Assembly (NCBI GenBank): GCA_963717465.1
Contig: OY970340.1
Location: 960,001 to 1,024,000 of the forward strand
From: Candidatus Bathyarchaeota archaeon
GTDB taxonomy: Archaea > Thermoproteota > Bathyarchaeia > Bathyarchaeales > Bathycorpusculaceae
Length of the DNA stretch: 64,000 nucleotides
Direction: 5' to 3'
Shown one piece after another: positions 33,350 through 42,885 of this stretch. Positions within the stretch are counted from its first letter, which is position 1. The number at the start of each line of letters is the position of its first letter. The notes under the pieces were generated by a model. It was not told the DNA's origin and did not search any database. It saw only the letters and a list, made by a program, of their open reading frames with translations. The translations under genes were made by a program, and so were the position numbers.

Positions 33350-34009
33350 TTGGTGCTTCCAGCTGAAACAGAAGAGCGCGTGAAACGCAGAGCTCTAAAT
33401 GCTTGTCAGGATAACTTACGCAAGGTCGTAGATGTCTCAAGAAAGATTCCGCAGTTAGCAGAATTTTTTGCAAGCGGCGATAAGGATTCTGCAAGAAAAC
33501 TTTTAAGCGAAATCAAAGCAGGCGAAGAAGAAGTAGTTAAAGCCAGACGAATGGTCTCTCAAGAATTAGCCGAGATAGGCGCTATTTTGCTTTCAAGGGA
33601 AGACTTTTTAAGATTCACAAATTTATCAAGCGAGATCGCTGATTTTTCAGAAGGCATCGCATATTATCTTGTTGAAATAATGGAGCATAATTGGAGCATC
33701 CCCTCTGACATAAAGAAGGACCTGCAAAAACTCTCTCTTGCAGTTCTAGATGCAGTGATAAAACTTAGGGAGACAATGATGGTTCTCAACTACGGCTCCC
33801 AAAAAACTCTGGAAAAAGCAAAAGATGTGGAAATCGCAGAAAGAATTGTTGACGACCTGTACCGCATGCTAACCATCAAAGCTCTATGCAGTAAACTCGA
33901 CGTTTCAGCGTTGCTGCTTTTGAGAGAAATTCTGCAGCTCCTTGAAAATTCAGCGGATAAAGCTGAAGATGCCGCTGACGCAGCACGCATGTTATCCTTC
34001 ATAATGTAA
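33350..34009 (+). CDS. DUF47/PhoU-like phosphate transport regulator
   Basis: LLSREDFLR, IADFSE, ERIVDDLYR, ADKAEDAAD. Confidence 0.8.
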   Translation: MVLPAETEERVKRRALNACQDNLRKVVDVSRKIPQLAEFFASGDKDSARKLLSEIKAGEEEVVKARRMVSQELAEIGAILLSREDFLRFTNLSSEIADFSEGIAYYLVEIMEHNWSIPSDIKKDLQKLSLAVLDAVIKLRETMMVLNYGSQKTLEKAKDVEIAERIVDDLYRMLTIKALCSKLDVSALLLLREILQLLENSADKAEDAADAARMLSFIM

Positions 34010-34039
34010 CCATGTAAACTCTAAGAGCGAACAATATCA

Positions 34040-34594
34040 ATGGATAAAATAAGAGTTGAGCTAATCGAAAATTTTCTTGTGGTCTGGGACCCAGTTGAGG
34101 GCTCAGAATTGTATAAAACTGGTTATTACGGTAAACCGCTTGGAATCTCAAAACCTAAAATTCCCGAATTCAATGTGCCGTTAGTGCTGGATTTAATGGA
34201 AGGTTTGTACCTTGCAGAAAACGACAAGATTATCGTTACCGAAAACTCGGGAGAAACCAAAGTCGGACTAAAAAAGTTACGACAAAAAACAAAAGAATTG
34301 TACAGCGAATTCGAAGAGAAGTACGCAGTATATCGCGACTTGCGTGACAGCGGATTAATCGTTACACCAGGCATAAAGTTCGGCTGCGACTTCGCCGTTT
34401 ACAAATACGGCCCCGGCGTTGAGCATGCACCGTACATGGTTTCAGTGAAGAAGTCAGGCTCAGACATTTCAGCAACTGAAATCGTTAAAGCTGGACGGCT
34501 AGCAACTACTGTGCGCAAAAGATTCATTATCGCCGTGCCCGATACAGCAACTAAAAAACCCAAATACCTGATTTTTAAATGGTTTAAGGCTTAG
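34040..34594 (+). CDS. endA: tRNA-splicing endonuclease catalytic subunit
   Basis: VYRDLRDSG..V..GIKFGCDFAVY, EHAPY, RLATTVRK. Confidence 0.92.
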   Translation: MDKIRVELIENFLVVWDPVEGSELYKTGYYGKPLGISKPKIPEFNVPLVLDLMEGLYLAENDKIIVTENSGETKVGLKKLRQKTKELYSEFEEKYAVYRDLRDSGLIVTPGIKFGCDFAVYKYGPGVEHAPYMVSVKKSGSDISATEIVKAGRLATTVRKRFIIAVPDTATKKPKYLIFKWFKA

Positions 34595-35888
34595 CTTCGC
34601 CCTTTAATATTTGATTTTGATACTGGCCTTCTATGCGTTGATGAGGGTAAATTTTAGTTGCTGAAAGCAAACAGCCTTCTTCAATGATGACATCGTCCGC
34701 AACAACTGATATGGCACTTATTTTTACAGGTCTACTTTGACTTGAATTAACCGCTACATGTCTGCCGATGATGCTATTGTAAACTTCAGCGTTTTCTCCA
34801 ATTATTACGCGATCCATCACAGCTGAATCTTTGACGACTGCATTTTTGCCAATTCGCGTGTAATTGTCAATGCATGAATTCTCAATTCTCACACCATCTT
34901 CTATTTGGCAGTGTCTGCCGATGAGAACTGCGCCTTTAATCTCAATCTTTTTCTTTTTAATTTTCTGTACGATTTCAAGTCGTCTCTTTTCTGAATCGCT
35001 ACTTTCACCTTGAACCCAAATGGTGCTTCCTTCCTTTATTCTTCCGCCAAAATCATTCAGCATTGAAAATCCTCCGTTCAACAATTTCTTCATGGCTTCC
35101 AAGTAGTTTTTAGGTGTGCCAACATCGAACCAGCTGCCCTTCAATGTGTAACCGTAGACTGGATGACCAGCTTGAATTACGTAGGGGATGAAGTCGTAGC
35201 CGAAGTCTAACCTGTTCTTTTCCTTGATTATCTGTTGAACCCCTTTTTCTTTGAAAATTTTCTTAACTTCAGGAGACAATACATACAAGCCTGTGTTAGC
35301 AAGGTTGCTTGGGGCGTCTTTAGGCAAGGGTTTTTCAACAAATTTTCTTATGCGTCCGTTTTTGTCAATATCCGCTAAGCCTAATCCTTCAATGTTTTCT
35401 ACTTCCCGTAGTACAATTGTTAAGGCTGCTCCTTTTTTTCTGTGAAAATCCATGAGGCTTTTTACTTTAATATCAAAGATATTGTCGCCTTGGACGGCAA
35501 AAACAACGTTTTGGATGTCGTAGTACTCCATGTTTATTCTCGCAGAATCCGCGCTTCCAAGGTCCTCAACGTTCGGCTGATATTTTATGTGAATTCTCGG
35601 TTTAACGTTATAGATTGAAGAGAAACCGCAACCTGACTCAAAATAATCATGTAAGTCACGGTAATTCGTGTAACCTTTTACTCCGAAGATAAAGTTTCTG
35701 ATGCCTTGGCTTGCAAGTGAGAGAAGCGAAAACTCCACTAACGGTCTATTAAGCAAACGGAGACATGCTTTGCTTGTTTCAGCTGTTAACGGTAACAAGC
35801 GGGTGGCTTTGCCGCCTACTGGAATAATGACTCGTATCTTTTCAGGAGAATAATTATCTCCGACTAGGGGCGCGTAATTGTCGCTCAA
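34584..35888 (-). CDS. NDP-sugar pyrophosphorylase with left-handed beta-helix domain
   Basis: GGKATRLLPLT, QGDN, FVEKP, ANTGLY, WFDVGTP. Confidence 0.88.
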   Translation of the reverse strand: MSDNYAPLVGDNYSPEKIRVIIPVGGKATRLLPLTAETSKACLRLLNRPLVEFSLLSLASQGIRNFIFGVKGYTNYRDLHDYFESGCGFSSIYNVKPRIHIKYQPNVEDLGSADSARINMEYYDIQNVVFAVQGDNIFDIKVKSLMDFHRKKGAALTIVLREVENIEGLGLADIDKNGRIRKFVEKPLPKDAPSNLANTGLYVLSPEVKKIFKEKGVQQIIKEKNRLDFGYDFIPYVIQAGHPVYGYTLKGSWFDVGTPKNYLEAMKKLLNGGFSMLNDFGGRIKEGSTIWVQGESSDSEKRRLEIVQKIKKKKIEIKGAVLIGRHCQIEDGVRIENSCIDNYTRIGKNAVVKDSAVMDRVIIGENAEVYNSIIGRHVAVNSSQSRPVKISAISVVADDVIIEEGCLLSATKIYPHQRIEGQYQNQILKGEAKP

Positions 35889-36105
35889 GGCTTCACCAAC
35901 AAAATCTCAATGCATAAAATAATTGTAAAGGCTCATCCTTTTTAAACTATGTTCTTTTAAAAATTTGTGTTGTCAAGTTTGAATTTTGATGCAAACTATT
36001 TTCTTTTGGTTAATATGAGGTTGCTTTAATTAAATTGAAAGCTTAAAAAGCAATTAGATTTTAATAATTAACCTTATAAAGAAAGATTGCAATGGTTTGG
36101 GAAGA

Positions 36106-36972
36106 ATGAGTAAGCTTGTTGGCTTCGTCCGGTTAATGCGTCCTATTAACGGTTTGATGATGGGTTTTGCCGTTTTAGTAGGCGCGATACTGGCCACGCG
36201 AGCAAACGTCTATTTGTTTCAAAGTAACCTGCCAAGTTTACTTTATGGTTACTTAACTGGTTTCTTTCTAACTGCTTCTTCAATGGTGATTAATGATTAT
36301 TATGACCGAAAAATCGACGCTATAAATGAGCCTGCTCGTCCAATTGCAAGCGGCACAGTTAAACCGCTAGAGGCACTTGTGTTCGCTTCTGCTCTAGCAA
36401 TAATTGGTCTCTTTTTCGCTTACAGTTCTAATAGTTCAAGCGTTCTCTGTCTCATGATTGGGATAATTGCATGGTTAATAACTGTTGGTTATGCGACGGT
36501 GGGAAAACGTGCTGGTTTACCCGGAAACTTCTTGGTCAGCGCCTGTGTAGCGACCCCATTCATTTTCGGCAGTGTAGTCGTTACAAACACAGTCCAATTG
36601 AACGTTTTACTTTTCGCTTTAATGGCGTTTCTCTCCAACACAGGCAGAGAAATCACAAAAGGCATCGTAGATGTCAAAGGCGACAGTGCAGAAGGCATAA
36701 AAACTCTAGCCGTACGCTATGGAGAAAAAAAAGCCGCAATCGCCTCAGCAGCATTTTACATTTCAGCCGTCGCATTAACGCCTATACCCGTGATCCTTGG
36801 TGTTGTTTCATTCTGGTTTATACCCTTCGTGTTAGTCACCGACATAGGATTAGTTGTTTGTTCAGCAACCTTGCTCAAAGATTATTCAAGGGAAAACGCC
36901 AGAAAAGTGAAAAAGCTCGTTCTGATATTCTTTATGTTCGCTTTACTAGCATACATTTTAGGGGCCCTATGA
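36106..36972 (+). CDS. Digeranylgeranylglyceryl phosphate synthase (UbiA family)
   Basis: MRPIN, NDYYDRKIDAINEPARP, REITKGIVDVKGD..G..TL. Confidence 0.85.
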   Translation: MSKLVGFVRLMRPINGLMMGFAVLVGAILATRANVYLFQSNLPSLLYGYLTGFFLTASSMVINDYYDRKIDAINEPARPIASGTVKPLEALVFASALAIIGLFFAYSSNSSSVLCLMIGIIAWLITVGYATVGKRAGLPGNFLVSACVATPFIFGSVVVTNTVQLNVLLFALMAFLSNTGREITKGIVDVKGDSAEGIKTLAVRYGEKKAAIASAAFYISAVALTPIPVILGVVSFWFIPFVLVTDIGLVVCSATLLKDYSRENARKVKKLVLIFFMFALLAYILGAL

Positions 36973-37052
36973 AATCATCTCGTCTTTATTGAATGCTTTT
37001 ATTTTCGACTACGCTTTAGTATTTTTGCCGGATGATGAGAAGGCATTAGCTT

Positions 37053-37092
37053 GACGTTCGCGGATGAAAGTTCAGAGTTACTCAGACGGCAA
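37053..37092. repeat. Repeat A1 (40 bp; last 21 bp identical to A2)
   Basis: gacgtt-N13-tcagagttactcagacggcaa, colinear with 39414..39453. Confidence 0.85.
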
Positions 37093-37196
37093 CGTACGAC
37101 TAACTCTGCATCTTTATCGCTAGTTTTTAGCAAACCGTCATCGATGTAGATCTTGACATTTCGTCTTGCTTCCTCAATCCGTTCCTTTTCTATCAT
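37093..37196 (-). pseudogene. Truncated HEPN-like partner of the nucleotidyltransferase
   Basis: ATGA overlap with the MNT stop; about 33 codons (MIEKERIEEARRNVKIYIDDGLL..) then reads into repeat A1. Confidence 0.5.
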
Positions 37197-37810
37197 AAAA
37201 TCTCCTCCAACATTTTAAAAAGCATCTCCGCACCATATTGAACGATTCGATTGTCTATTGCCTCCCATGCAACATTAGGCTTTTTCTGTTTAAGAAGCTC
37301 CGAAAACTCCTCTGTAGTTAATATCGTCTCGTGGATCCCCAGAGGGCTAACACGCTGGACAGATGCAATAGCCGCTTCAACTTCATTTTGAAATTTGCGC
37401 TCAGGAATAACCAAGAGAACATCTAAATCTGATCTTGCCGAGGCTGTGCCCTTCCCGTGGGAGCCGAACAGCATGAGTGTAAAGAAGGGCAAAGTAATTT
37501 TTGAAGTTAAATCTTTGGCAAGGATTTCTATGTCTTTGTGTTTTTCGAAGAAGCGGCTGGCTCGTATGCCCTCTATGTATGCAAGAAGAGAAGAGTTACC
37601 TCGTAAGTTCAGTCTGCAGTAAGTTACTGGAGGTCTTTTCTCGGCAGTAATATAGTGCTGTTCTGCCAGGCGCTTGATCATGGTGTGAGTAATTTTGTAA
37701 TCCTTTCCTATTCCCTCTGATATCTTTCGCACGGTAAAGCTTTCCCGAATTCTTGAGCTGAGAAAAGAAAGAATTTCGACTGATGTCTTATTCAAGGGTT
37801 CTAAGTACAT
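37193..37810 (-). CDS. wHTH + minimal nucleotidyltransferase (MNT antitoxin-like)
   Basis: N-terminal HTH-like region; LFGSHGKG..SDLDVL. Confidence 0.85.
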   Translation of the reverse strand: MYLEPLNKTSVEILSFLSSRIRESFTVRKISEGIGKDYKITHTMIKRLAEQHYITAEKRPPVTYCRLNLRGNSSLLAYIEGIRASRFFEKHKDIEILAKDLTSKITLPFFTLMLFGSHGKGTASARSDLDVLLVIPERKFQNEVEAAIASVQRVSPLGIHETILTTEEFSELLKQKKPNVAWEAIDNRIVQYGAEMLFKMLEEIL

Positions 37811-37833
37811 AATATTATGTACCTAAGTACTTA
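37805..37833. promoter_or_regulatory. Palindromic operator candidate over the MNT start
   Basis: Perfect 18-bp palindrome gtacataatattatgtac (37805-37822) plus taagtactta (37824-37833). Confidence 0.55.
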
Positions 37834-38030
37834 ACCTATAAATCTTGCAACCGACAGCGAAGCTCTTCTCAGAGTCGTGCACGCTCGTCCTTCCGCTGTT
37901 TCTAAAGCAGCATACTAACCCAACCTTTCGTATCACAAAGTCGCAGATTATGAGACTTTATGATATGAATCACAATATCAAACTTGATGCAGGTGTGTCA
38001 GCTATCCCTCTCCCTTAAATAACAAGAACA

Positions 38031-38060
38031 GAAGCATGAAACTTTGCACTTACCTGCTTC
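38031..38060. repeat. Repeat B1: 11-bp arm / ctttgcac / 11-bp inverted arm
   Basis: gaagcatgaaa ctttgcac ttacctgcttc; arms 9/11 complementary; 16-bp core identical at 39253-39268. Confidence 0.8.
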
Positions 38061-38415
38061 TATATTTGCAAAGATACGGGAATCATGCTCTGGCTCAAAG
38101 AATCGGTTTTATCATAGCTTAAATCCGAACGTAAAAAGACACAGGTAGACTAGAAACTTATCGACGACGTCTTGTCGTCAACGAGCTCTAACGTTTTCCC
38201 ATTAGATCGCGCTAAAGGAAGGAAAGCTATCGAAAAAACGCGGAATTATCAACAATGCAGAACCGCTTGAAATATGAATTCTCTGAGGAGACAGATAATT
38301 GCTAAAGATAACCAAACATGACCTCCAAATTTGGGCAGATGAACAAGAACTCTCAGATACGTTATTTGCAGAATTGGACCATCGTTTGGTCAAAATATTG
38401 GATGCGAATAACTCC

Positions 38416-38889
38416 CTATCCTTTGAGTATTTTCAGGCATACTTTCTCTTCTATCCAGAAGCCTTGATCGACAAGTTGTTGAACCAAATCTTCAGGTGAC
38501 TGCTTGATCAATCTCAGGTCCAAGAAAGCCTTAAGCAAAGCTATCGTTCCCATCACCTTAATTTTCAGCCTTCCTGCCGTTTTTCGGGCTTTCAAATCAT
38601 CAAGCAACGCCATATCAGTTTTGAACTCAAGTGCCAGCGTCATCGTTTCTATCTCGCCTTTTCCCAAGCTTGACGAGAGCAGATTAAGAAGTTCAGTGTT
38701 TGAGCATTTCACCACTTCAACGAATCCTTCGTCGCTTAGTACGTGGATTTGCGTTACCGCTTCATCTTTGCTCACTTCTTCAAAAACTGATTGAGGTACA
38801 TACACCTTATCGAATACTTCTTTTAGAAAGGGAAGATAGCCAAGTTTACCTAAAGCTAGTAAAACTGAGCTGTCTATTGTCGCTTTCAA
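38416..38889 (-). CDS. PIN-domain protein (DUF3368 type), putative toxin
   Basis: IDSSVL, VPQSVFEE, LGKGEIE, LLDDLKARK, MGTIALL. Confidence 0.85.
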   Translation of the reverse strand: MKATIDSSVLLALGKLGYLPFLKEVFDKVYVPQSVFEEVSKDEAVTQIHVLSDEGFVEVVKCSNTELLNLLSSSLGKGEIETMTLALEFKTDMALLDDLKARKTAGRLKIKVMGTIALLKAFLDLRLIKQSPEDLVQQLVDQGFWIEEKVCLKILKG

Positions 38890-39143
38890 TTATGACGCTT
38901 CTTGAGTAAGTTCTTGCTTGCTTGCAATTCTTTCTGCAACTCCGCTTCATCCAGAAAAGTGTACTTAAAACCTACTGTTCGAAGCAACGCTGAAAATTCG
39001 GGGCGGGACATACCCATAACTTCAGCTGCCTTTGCCAAGGTAACAGTTCGCGAAGCAAGGAGCCCGAGGACAAGAAGAAAGCGCTCTTTTTCCTCTCTTT
39101 CGGTAAACAAAGGAAACTCGTCTATAACACTCTCTATCGACAT
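38886..39143 (-). CDS. UPF0175-family HTH antitoxin
   Basis: VTLAKAAEVMGMSRPEF..LL; overlaps the PIN gene start. Confidence 0.8.
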   Translation of the reverse strand: MSIESVIDEFPLFTEREEKERFLLVLGLLASRTVTLAKAAEVMGMSRPEFSALLRTVGFKYTFLDEAELQKELQASKNLLKKRHN

Positions 39144-39245
39144 TTTCAACACGCAAATGATAGTTGATTAATTGGAAATTTAACTGTTTTCATAGCTCGA
39201 TAATTCGCTTCGACTAGAAAGTTTTAGTGCAAGATAAGCAATGGC

Positions 39246-39275
39246 AAAACACGAAACTTTGCACTTACATCCTTT
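39246..39275. repeat. Repeat B2
   Basis: aaaacacgaaa ctttgcac ttacatccttt; same spacer and orientation as B1. Confidence 0.8.
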
Positions 39276-39413
39276 TTTCTGAAGGCCAGACCCAAATCGC
39301 AGCTAGGAGCCGCAAGCTTAAGGGGGGATACATTTATATATTGAGGCTTGTGCGGAAAAGCTCTACCTGAAGCGTTAAAGCAAGCTTGGAATCGCTAGAT
39401 TTAGCGTTGTACA

Positions 39414-39453
39414 GACGTTAACGTGCGTACAATCAGAGTTACTCAGACGGCAA
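39414..39453. repeat. Repeat A2
   Basis: gacgttaacgtgcgtacaa tcagagttactcagacggcaa. Confidence 0.85.
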
Positions 39454-39527
39454 ACAACTAAATAATTGGAGAAGGACTCGGTTAAACTTGATTAATCTAA
39501 GCATTTTGAGTCTTTGTTGCTTATTAG

Positions 39528-41021
39528 CTAGGTAATTTGTCCATATTTTTTAGGAAGACTAGCTATTTGGACTTTGTTTTGTTCTATGAAATCTTTCAGC
39601 TTTGCCTTAGTTTTTTCATTGTTTTCAACAATATTTGTGGCTTCTTCGACTAGAACATAATTTGATTGAGCATATTTCTCAAGAGAGTCCTTAATTTCGT
39701 TGGCTTTCTTCTCAACGATTGCAGCGTCATTTCCCGTATTGGTTGATATTTTTGATACTTCCTTAACATCGTTAACAACATTCTCAATTAATTTCTTAAC
39801 ATCATTGGCAATAACTGCAACCTCTTCAGCGATTTTTTCGAGTTCCTGTGCTCCAGCAGTCTGCTGTTCAACCGAAGCAGAAACTTCTTCTGAAGCGGAA
39901 GAACTCTCTTCAGCAATACTAGCAACTTCAGATATAGTGTTAGCAACATTGTCTAACGAGTTAAGACCACGTTTAACGCCACTCGCTAAGTTACTCACTT
40001 TGTAAGTCATTGTAGCCATAATATTAGTAATGCCCTCAGCTTCTTTAATAGCATCCAAAACCACATTGGTTCCTTCTGCCGCGTTCTTATGAGACTGATT
40101 TGCAATAGCATTCGTCTGGGTACCAGCATCCTTAATACCCTTCACCAAAGTAATAGCAGAACCAGCAGCAACCTTAGATTGACCAGCCAAGCTCTTAACA
40201 GCATCAGCAACAACCGCAAAACCCCTGCCAGCTTCACCAGCCCTAGCCGCCTCAATAGCAGCGTTCAAAGCCAACATGTTTGTTTGCCCAGCAATGTCTG
40301 AAACTGAATTAGCCATCTGTCCAACCTGCTCTACACTATCAACCATGGATATGACAGCTTCAGAAACTTTGGTGATGTTAGCCTTGATATCTTCAATAGC
40401 ATGAAGTCCTTGTTGCCCTTTTTCATTAGCTTGTTTGGACTTTGTCAAAGCTTGGGTAGTAACAGTGAGAGCTTCCTTTGCTATGCCACCCGCTTCATCC
40501 ATAACTTTTTTTAAGGATTCAGTGTTTTTTGCTGCTTCCTGTGAAAGCTCAGCTAACTTTTGCGCTCCAGTAGAGACCTGTTTCGAAGCAGTGTTAACCT
40601 GCTCCATTCCAAGAGCCATCTGTTTAGATGTTTCTTCCACTTGCTTGCCCATATTCTCAACACTAACACCAGCCTTTGAAACATCTTCTGCACTTACTAA
40701 GGCTTTTTCGGCAAAGTTGCCAGATTCCTTAGTTGAAGTTGCTAATTTTGAAACTATTGTTGATGTGTCAAGTATAAGTTCACTATTAGTAGCAAGTATT
40801 GTGCTATCTTCCATGATTTGATTATTAACTTTTTTAGCTGAGTTAATAGTGCTATCATTTAAATTGATTGTTTCCTCAGCGATTTGAATTTCTTCTTCAA
40901 GTTTTTTAGCATACATTTGTAATATCTCTTGGTTTTGAGATCGAAGCTTCTTATTTTCTTCTTCTCTCTGTTCAACCTGTTTCTCAAGTTCTTTTATTCT
41001 TTCTTGATTCTCAATTGGCAT
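39528..41021 (-). CDS. Soluble methyl-accepting chemotaxis protein
   Basis: [30 protein letters not shown]; no TM segment. Confidence 0.9.
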   Translation of the reverse strand: MPIENQERIKELEKQVEQREEENKKLRSQNQEILQMYAKKLEEEIQIAEETINLNDSTINSAKKVNNQIMEDSTILATNSELILDTSTIVSKLATSTKESGNFAEKALVSAEDVSKAGVSVENMGKQVEETSKQMALGMEQVNTASKQVSTGAQKLAELSQEAAKNTESLKKVMDEAGGIAKEALTVTTQALTKSKQANEKGQQGLHAIEDIKANITKVSEAVISMVDSVEQVGQMANSVSDIAGQTNMLALNAAIEAARAGEAGRGFAVVADAVKSLAGQSKVAAGSAITLVKGIKDAGTQTNAIANQSHKNAAEGTNVVLDAIKEAEGITNIMATMTYKVSNLASGVKRGLNSLDNVANTISEVASIAEESSSASEEVSASVEQQTAGAQELEKIAEEVAVIANDVKKLIENVVNDVKEVSKISTNTGNDAAIVEKKANEIKDSLEKYAQSNYVLVEEATNIVENNEKTKAKLKDFIEQNKVQIASLPKKYGQIT

Positions 41022-41463
41022 TATAATCAATCTCGATCTGATTCGTTTGTTACATAATTCTTGATAAGTAAATTGCGATTTTGCACTATATACTGACCAG
41101 TCTTTTAATTGAAAAAGTTAATTTCGTTAAATTTAATTTAACACTTAACTGAATATTAATAATATTGCAATCAAAAAATCCTGATAATTACGAATTCATG
41201 TTTTAGAACAGTTTCAACTTTTATAACAAACTTGAATAAAATTAGACACCAATTGGCTAAACATGATAAATAAAGATGGTTCGAAGTTTGTTGCTCTTGT
41301 AGGTTTGTTTGTTGTAGCATAGCCAGTATTGTTATTTGTGAGAAGCAACATTTATAGTTCGTATCAAAGCGTTATTTAAAATCCATGACCCTTTTTCTTT
41401 ACCTGTGAGCTGTGCGATTTCCTCCGGGTGGCAAACAACCGCAACGTAGGACATATATAGGTT

Positions 41464-42771
41464 CTACTTTTTGAGTTGAACACCTTGGCGCCACACAGCA
41501 CGAATGGACAGCGTGTCAGAGATGCTCGTCGTTGGGTCCCCGTCGACCAGCAACAGGTCGGCACGAGCCCCTGGAGCCACTCGGCCTCGGTCGGTGAGGC
41601 CGAACCTACGCGCAGGGGTGGATGTCGCTGCCCGCAGCGCTTCGATCGGGGTCAATCCAGCCGCGACCAGAAGTTGCAGTTCTTGGTGCAAACTGGCGCC
41701 GTGGGCGAGTCCCCCGAGGCTGGGAATAGGCTCCGACACATCACAACCTGCCAGAATATCCACACCCGCCTTGTGGAGGGTCATGACGCCGGCATAAGCA
41801 TTTTCAAGCTTTCCTTCCGGGTAGACGTTCATGCTACGAGAAAGCGAGTTAAGCCACTTCTGGCTCAGCCTGGAACTTACTCTTTTGTCGGCGGCCAGCG
41901 CGGATGCGTTATTGCCAACGGCAGAGGAGATTGTCACCAAGGTGGGGATAACAAACGCACCGGAAGTTGCAATGGTATCCACAAACTTGGGGGTAGGCTG
42001 ACTATCAAAGAACAAGTGTGCCAGCCCATCTACTCCAGCGGCAATAGCTCGCCTGCCTTCTTCAGCGGTGGTTACGTGGGCGATGGCCATCTTACCTTTA
42101 CGATGAGCTTCTTTTACGGCTGCATTGAGGGTTTCATCGTTCAGTACAGGAAGTCCAGGAAAACCGATGCTGGTTCCGTCCTCTATAAAGATTTTAATGT
42201 AGTCGGCTCCTTGGGCGATCTGTTTGTCGACGAATTTGACGGCCTCGTTAGGGGTTGAGACAGTCGGATAGCGGAAGAATAAGCGTATGAGTAAGTTGTT
42301 GCTTGAACTCATATATTCAGTTGGATGACCTCCTGGAGGAGTGAGGCCCATCCCAGGGGAGCGCAAATCAGCTATATCGCTCCGTTCAGCGATTTTCTTT
42401 CGCATCTTCGGTGTCCAATGGCCGTTCATCTCCAGCTCCGTGGTGACACCAAACGACAGCGCGGTCCGCAAGCCGTCCAGATCGGTATGCACATGGGAGT
42501 CAATCAAGCCTGGCATCAGGGTTGCGCCGTGACCATCAATGACAGTTGCCCCAGCTGGAACCTCGCCACCTACCGCCTGTATATATGCCCCTTTAATCAC
42601 CACAGTCATGTCGTCAATGACACGGTCACCGTCGAAAATCCTCACGTTGGTTATAGCTGTAATCCGATCTTGTAAAAGTGCTGGCTTATTTCCGTCACCC
42701 CTCAAAAATCCAACAGCAAGAGTCCCAGTAACAAAGACCGTTGCCGTTTTCAAGAAGGTCTTTTTGGGCAT
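41464..42771 (-). CDS. Metal-dependent amidohydrolase (imidazolonepropionase-like)
   Basis: TLMPGLIDSHVH, GVTT, GADYIK, AHV, GLAH, EALRAATS.PA, GARADLLLVDGDP. Confidence 0.9.
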   Translation of the reverse strand: MPKKTFLKTATVFVTGTLAVGFLRGDGNKPALLQDRITAITNVRIFDGDRVIDDMTVVIKGAYIQAVGGEVPAGATVIDGHGATLMPGLIDSHVHTDLDGLRTALSFGVTTELEMNGHWTPKMRKKIAERSDIADLRSPGMGLTPPGGHPTEYMSSSNNLLIRLFFRYPTVSTPNEAVKFVDKQIAQGADYIKIFIEDGTSIGFPGLPVLNDETLNAAVKEAHRKGKMAIAHVTTAEEGRRAIAAGVDGLAHLFFDSQPTPKFVDTIATSGAFVIPTLVTISSAVGNNASALAADKRVSSRLSQKWLNSLSRSMNVYPEGKLENAYAGVMTLHKAGVDILAGCDVSEPIPSLGGLAHGASLHQELQLLVAAGLTPIEALRAATSTPARRFGLTDRGRVAPGARADLLLVDGDPTTSISDTLSIRAVWRQGVQLKK

Positions 42772-42885
42772 TCCACGCTCGTGATTATGCTTGTTTTTAT
42801 AAATGCGTTTTTCACATTTCTTTTTGCAAAACTCTTTAACCGCATTTACTATGCCAGCCTGTTTCTCGTCAACTTCAAACTGCAT
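42772..42885 (-). pseudogene. Probable N-terminal remnant of an acyl-CoA dehydrogenase, in frame with the amidohydrolase
   Basis: MQFEVDEKQAGIVNAVKEFCKK resembles the ACAD first helix; TAATG coupling to the upstream gene. Confidence 0.5.

Noticed and set aside
36471..36992. 173-aa Arg-rich alternate-frame ORF
   Set aside because: Overlaps the DGGGP synthase in another frame and shows no family signal.
37053..39453. CRISPR array or classical integron attC array
   Set aside because: Only two copies per repeat type, kilobases apart; no RYYYAAC...GTTRRRY hairpins and no integrase in the window.
41476..42258. 260-aa plus-strand ORF
   Set aside because: Antisense shadow of the GC-rich amidohydrolase with no recognisable motifs.
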